Below are positions 59,042 through 64,000 of a stretch of DNA of 64,000 nt, one piece after another. The position numbers and the translations under genes are program-made. The notes beneath the pieces are model-generated. The model was given only the letters and a program-made list of their open reading frames with translations. It did not search any database and was not told the DNA's origin. Each line of letters starts with the position of its first letter. Positions within the stretch are counted from its first letter, which is position 1. Origin of the DNA: Zancudomyces culisetae HAW-14-8 (Eukaryota; Fungi; Kickxellomycota); NCBI GenBank assembly GCA_052426225.1, contig JBNJNM010000008.1, positions 744,001 to 808,000 on the forward strand, written 5' to 3'.

Positions 59042-62000
59042 CCTTTATTCTATAGTTGAGGTTCGGTGTCTACTCCTTCTTTTTTATATTCAGATTTTCG
59101 TCTTGCTAAAACTATTTTTTAGTTTTTTATGTAAAGATAGTTGGTTAAAACGTATTAATATAATACGGCGTTTTGTCTTGTAGCCGAATGCAGTGCTTAA
59201 ATAAATTAATTAGTTTGGAAATTGTTACTTGTTTTTTTTGTTTTTTTTTTTGAAGAAACCAAGTAAAAAAAATGTTTCCTTTGTGAGGGTGGTGTAAGTA
59301 AAAGTATATATATCTTTTGCCAAGTCTATTATTTATTTTAAATAGTAATACAATCTTTTATTGGAATTTTTAATTTTAACTCGAAAGTTCCGTTCTTATT
59401 TATATTGTCTGAAATTCACAAGTATAAACTGGTTAATAAACCAAAAAAAAACCGCTAATAAAGAAAAAACATGAAATTCGAAAATGTTCCAGATTGGTTT
59501 TTCTTGTTAGCTAAGGGGGGAGAGGGGAGTGGGGGAATAGAGGAGATTTGGTTATTCAAAGTTGCTTTATTCTTGCTTTTTACTTTTGTTCTTCAAGAGT
59601 ATTAGGTAAAATTGAAAATCGCCGACAACGTACAAATTGCTGACTTAGAAATTCTAAAAATGCTTAGTCTACTGAATATCCCATCCCCTTTCCCCTTTTC
59701 TCTGAATTGTCGTAAATCTTTGATAAATAAATCCTATATCTAATTTGCCAGGATACTTCCACATATTTGCATCTTTGTGCGCTGAAAAAGAAATAAACGA
59801 CGTAATTTCGATAATGAATCACCAATCACTTTAAAATATCGTATTCCCTCCTTATTCCTCGTATAAGCTATAAACATTAAATTCTGACAATTAATTTACG
59901 TCCAATCAGTTAGGTAACTGGTTTTCACCTCCCCTCCATTTAAATGCTACGCAAAAGGGAAATTAGCCAAGAATGCTGTCGCGAAGCCAACAGTTAGTAT
60001 GCAAGTGAGTAGTCTCCTCTCTTTTTTGCTGCCTTGTTTTTTAAATTTGCACCAAGTTAGTCATCAAAATACACGCAAATGCTACTACAAATTGATGACG
60101 AAATGTCAGTAGTTTGTGATATCATTTACTCTTTTCCTCCCCCATTTTGCGTTCCATTTTGTATTCTTTCTAACAAAATAACTCGGAATCCACTTCTAAA
60201 GTGATGATTACATTTCTAGTCACATGAATTTTCAACAATTAATCCTTGTGTTTTTTGCTTTGGTATTTGAGGTATATTCCCTAAACTATCTTAAATTTTC
60301 CCATGACCTTCTTCTACCCCACCAGTCTTAAAATATCCAAGATTCAGATATTTGTCGTAATTACAAAAAGGGACCGATTGTGGGTTTTTCTTTGAATTAC
60401 TTTCTCAACAAAAGATATGAAAAAAGAACTAGATTCCATAACAATATATGATTAACGCGAGTGTCTACCTCTAAACCACAGAATCATTTAGATCTAATGT
60501 CGTATTTGCTGAGGTCTTGCGGAAAATTATTTCTTGTCAATACTCGTGAAATAAAAGGTCCCTCTTTGGCAAGGCATAAGAGTGTCACACATGGGAAAAA
60601 AATACCTTAATTTGTAAATATAATACAATCTTAAAGTTTCACTAAGCCATTGTCTTCAAAAACAATGGCGATGAACATTAGTTGAAAAAAAAAGGTGGGG
60701 GTTTGTAGATGAAGTTATTCTCCTGTGACTCAAATCACGAGTTCTGCACGTAAATAAAAGAAACATTCAACCTATAATGTACCTTGGACAGCAGACCATC
60801 ATATACTCTTGAAGTATTCAAAGCAAGGCGAATCTCCTCTTCCTTTATAAGTACATCTGATACACTGACATGTACCATTGACATTTATAACTGTGGAAGC
60901 CCCCACATTAGAATGGCCAAATGCGCGTTCATGTGAAGTGGTTTTGATCATTTGGTTAGTGTTTACTCTCCATTATCCGCATTTTTAAATTCTAAACCCA
61001 GATCATATGATTCCAACCAGACTTCGATGTAATATTTTATTACTACACACCTAGAAATTGCAATTCATCATTCCGTGTTAAAGATCTGCAAACCTTAAAT
61101 TGCTACTTTGCAGATGGGATTTTTAATTGATTAAAAATAAATGTACCTATTTGGAGTTGATTCTGGGTATAATCACAGCAGTTTTTATAATAATACATTT
61201 ATTTTTAACTATCAGTTAAATGTCTCAGTGGAAAAAGAGCGAGAGTGGGGAGAAGAATTTAAAAGCATATTCATGCCAAAAAAGGGCGGCAATTTCAGTA
61301 TTAAAATAACCACGAATGCTAGTTGTGTCACTTTTTGAATAATTACATTTACTTGCGTGGATTCATGATGTTATACCACAAACAATTTGAGGCATTGTTG
61401 TTCAATAGTAAAAAAAGAATTTCGCGCCTTATAGTTGTTCAAACTGCGAAATAACAAAGAAAACAAAAGGCGGAACGAAAACTGTTTTATTTTTGCATAT
61501 AGCTTCGTTTCATCCATCTTCTTAATGCTCTAAGCTGTGGATTTTTGTAAACAGTACCCACTGATACCACCCCCTCTCTCCCTCTCTCCCTTTCAACTCT
61601 TTACTTTGTGTCAACAATTAAACGTAATTAGTTATCACCATCTGAAACTATTTTTAATGTACTACCATTACCTATCAATGGCAAATTTTAGAACTTTCCA
61701 TATATACAGAATAAAAATAGCATTGAATCTACGGATACTATTTTTTTATTTGGATGAGGAAATGACTATTTGATGTAAATCCGCAGATCATTATATTTCT
61801 ACTCGCATGTTCACAAACCAAAAAAAAATAACAGCATTCTGTCCAATTTCAGTAAATTGTGTTAATTAATTAATACATGGGAAAGGACACACGTCTTTTA
61901 CTGCTATTTGATTCCTGGGAAACCAAAGGAATTGTACTAGAAAATGTCCCCAAATAAAACAAATACCCAACAACTCAAATAAAGTTACACTTTTTACGTA

Positions 62001-63543
62001 ACAAACCTAGGCCATTGTTCCCCCAAACCGATGTCAATACTTCGGTTTTTAGATGTTTTCATTTCCTTTTTTCCTTGAACTTGCCTTATTTTACAGCAAA
62101 TCGTTCTGATTACTAAGTCGAATGCTCAAGCATTAAAATGGTAGCTTTTTAGTATATTATCACCACAAATATGTATAAAAAATCACCGTTGAAACAAGCC
62201 GGGTAAAGAATATAGGAGTGGGAATAGAAGCATAGAACCAGTATTAATTATCGCTGCTCAGTTTTGTAATGGATCGCCATTGGTGCCTGTTACCTAATAT
62301 TTGATTTATGATCTTTACGTTAAGGTATAGAGCGGTGAAAATAGTAGCACATTGTGTAACACGGCTTATCTTACATAACAGACAAATTTGCTTTTGAAAC
62401 ACATTGAATGCGTCAGCATGTTACTATTTATAGTCTCCTCCTGAAATGCAAGATTTGAGATGTTGGTTAATCCTGAGAATAGAGCATGAGTTCCATTTTC
62501 GTTACACTTCTCGATCGCAACAGAACGCCGTAACAAAGATACTATGACGTTATTATGTTTAGCCCTCAAAAGGAAAAATTGTTTTAAAAGTTAACCGACG
62601 CCTTGTGCGCTTCACTATACAGTGGTTTACTTAGATTATTTTTTTCCAATATAGTTGTGGCTATTGCTTTTTTTTATATTACGTGTAGATACGCTGCAGA
62701 GTTTTTTTTTTTATAGCTAAAACATGGTATAGAAACAATAAATGCTGAGTCTATATCGATTCAAATATTATGTCCACAATGGTCCATTTTCTTTACTTTG
62801 AGAAAAATTTAGCGAGATGAACATTTTCTTTTGAAAAGTTGTGCATCCAAGTTAGCATGGATGACTCTTTGGCTATCAATGTGCTATTTTAAGGTGGATA
62901 TTCGATCTAGACTATATTCCAAAAATTGTTCTAAAGTAGGTTAAATACTAGTTCAACTCGGTTACTAATACTACTACTATCTTCTGTCACAAGAATTTAG
63001 ACCACTTTGACAATAATCTGATAGCATTAAAAGACCTAAAGATAATAAATTTCTTGAAATTACAACCATCTGTTTCATAAACCCCTACTATCATCACCTG
63101 TTGTGGCAGATTTGTCGTACCGATAACTGATGCAAATCTCAGTTTTGTTTTTTTCGATGTATTTTCTTCTTCCTTTACACTTGTTAGAGCAAAGACAAAA
63201 TAGTTAACTTTTTTCTTGGTCAAATGGTCCATAGAGATGAATATATTAAATTCATACGGCTTTAACCCAAAGCGAACCCCAGAGATTGTAATGCTCACCT
63301 CTCACTTCGCACTTCTGACAAACACAGATAAAAACCCACTTTAACCAATAAATTTTTTTTATAGACATTATAGTAACAGATTTCTTGAAGGGACAGTCAT
63401 TTAAATAACGAATGCTAAACTACATGGACACATCTCCACATATATACCAAAAATATCAGATTATACAAAAAGCAAAAGCGGAAATAAAGAATTAAAAAAC
63501 CAGACCCTGATAAAGCGTGGGTCATCTGCGCTGTAAGATTAAA

Positions 63544-64000
63544 CTACACTGGAATGTTTTCGGGCTCCGTAGTAATAATTTGCTCAAGCTTCCTTGCCTG
63601 CATATAGGTTACAAACGATTTCACAATCAGAACCCATCCAACAACTATTAATAGGAAAGAAAAGTGGATATTCGCGTCCGGTGATTCAAATTCACCGCCA
63701 TTATCAGAGTTCGGTGGTTGTTTTCCTATGGGGTCAACACCACCATTTGGATCTCGAGGTGACATCGACGACGTTTGTAATACAAACCCAAAGTTCATAA
63801 GGGTTGCACCAAGCCCAGCAACTGAACCATTCTAAATGTGAGACGTATCAATTTTATAGATGCAAATCTCTTTTACATATGGTTGAGGAAATAAATAAAG
63901 AGGAGAGAAACTTTACCTTTGCAGCGTGAGAGGTGTGTAAAATAAATGTTAACATGAAACCAAAAACCTGAAACGCGTAGGAAACTAGAAACATATGTAC
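63544..64000 (-). CDS. BSD2: Bsd2/NDFIP family Rsp5/Nedd4 adaptor, 5' partial; exons >64000-63917, 63831-63544
   Basis: Spliced FQVFGFMLTFILHTSHAAK|NGSVAGLGATLMNFG followed by a final TM helix FSFLLIVVGWVLIVKSF matches the Bsd2 membrane domain. Confidence 0.87.

Noticed and set aside
62987-63298. 103-aa minus-strand ORF downstream of BSD2
   Set aside because: GTG start, no recognisable motif and no supporting gene structure.
1-64000. tRNA, rRNA, CRISPR arrays, transposases or retroelements, and U12-type introns
   Set aside because: By eye I found no T-arm/cloverleaf, repeat-spacer array, RT/integrase/transposase motif or RTATCCTT donor. A tRNAscan-SE, Infernal and RepeatMasker run could still find weak cases.

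Overview
AT-rich, intron-containing fungal genomic DNA with no prokaryotic, phage or CRISPR features. I infer an early-diverging fungus, probably Zoopagomycota/Harpellales-like, from short GT-AG introns, a WES-type GH19 chitinase and GDSL 'thermolabile hemolysin'-like paralogs; this is not proven. By manual splicing I reconstruct 22 protein-coding genes: Mis12 (partial), U5-40K WD40, glycogen synthase, mitoribosomal mL46, tubulin-tyrosine ligase, CDK7/Kin28, a LysP-like amino-acid permease, a Ser/Thr-rich type I membrane protein, a GH19 chitinase, TAM41, RRP14/SURF6, an SMYD-type SET/MYND protein, a pallidin/snapin-like coiled-coil protein, two GDSL/SGNH paralogs flanking VPS22/SNF8, a La-motif protein, a PPR-like protein, a 12-exon cytochrome P450 that the ORF track largely misses, an orphan secreted protein, a MiT/TFE/Rtg3-like bHLH factor and BSD2/NDFIP (partial). 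Four observations stand out. (1) Two intact, secreted and probably GPI-anchored GDSL paralogs have both lost the whole Ser-Asp-His triad. (2) An apparently intact but highly aberrant P450 has a non-canonical heme loop and I-helix. (3) A fungal GH19 chitinase carries a long basic N-terminal extension. (4) Several genes show a purine-rich 5' to pyrimidine-rich 3' compositional switch. I could not recognise any tRNA, rRNA, snRNA or transposon. All exon boundaries were predicted by eye.
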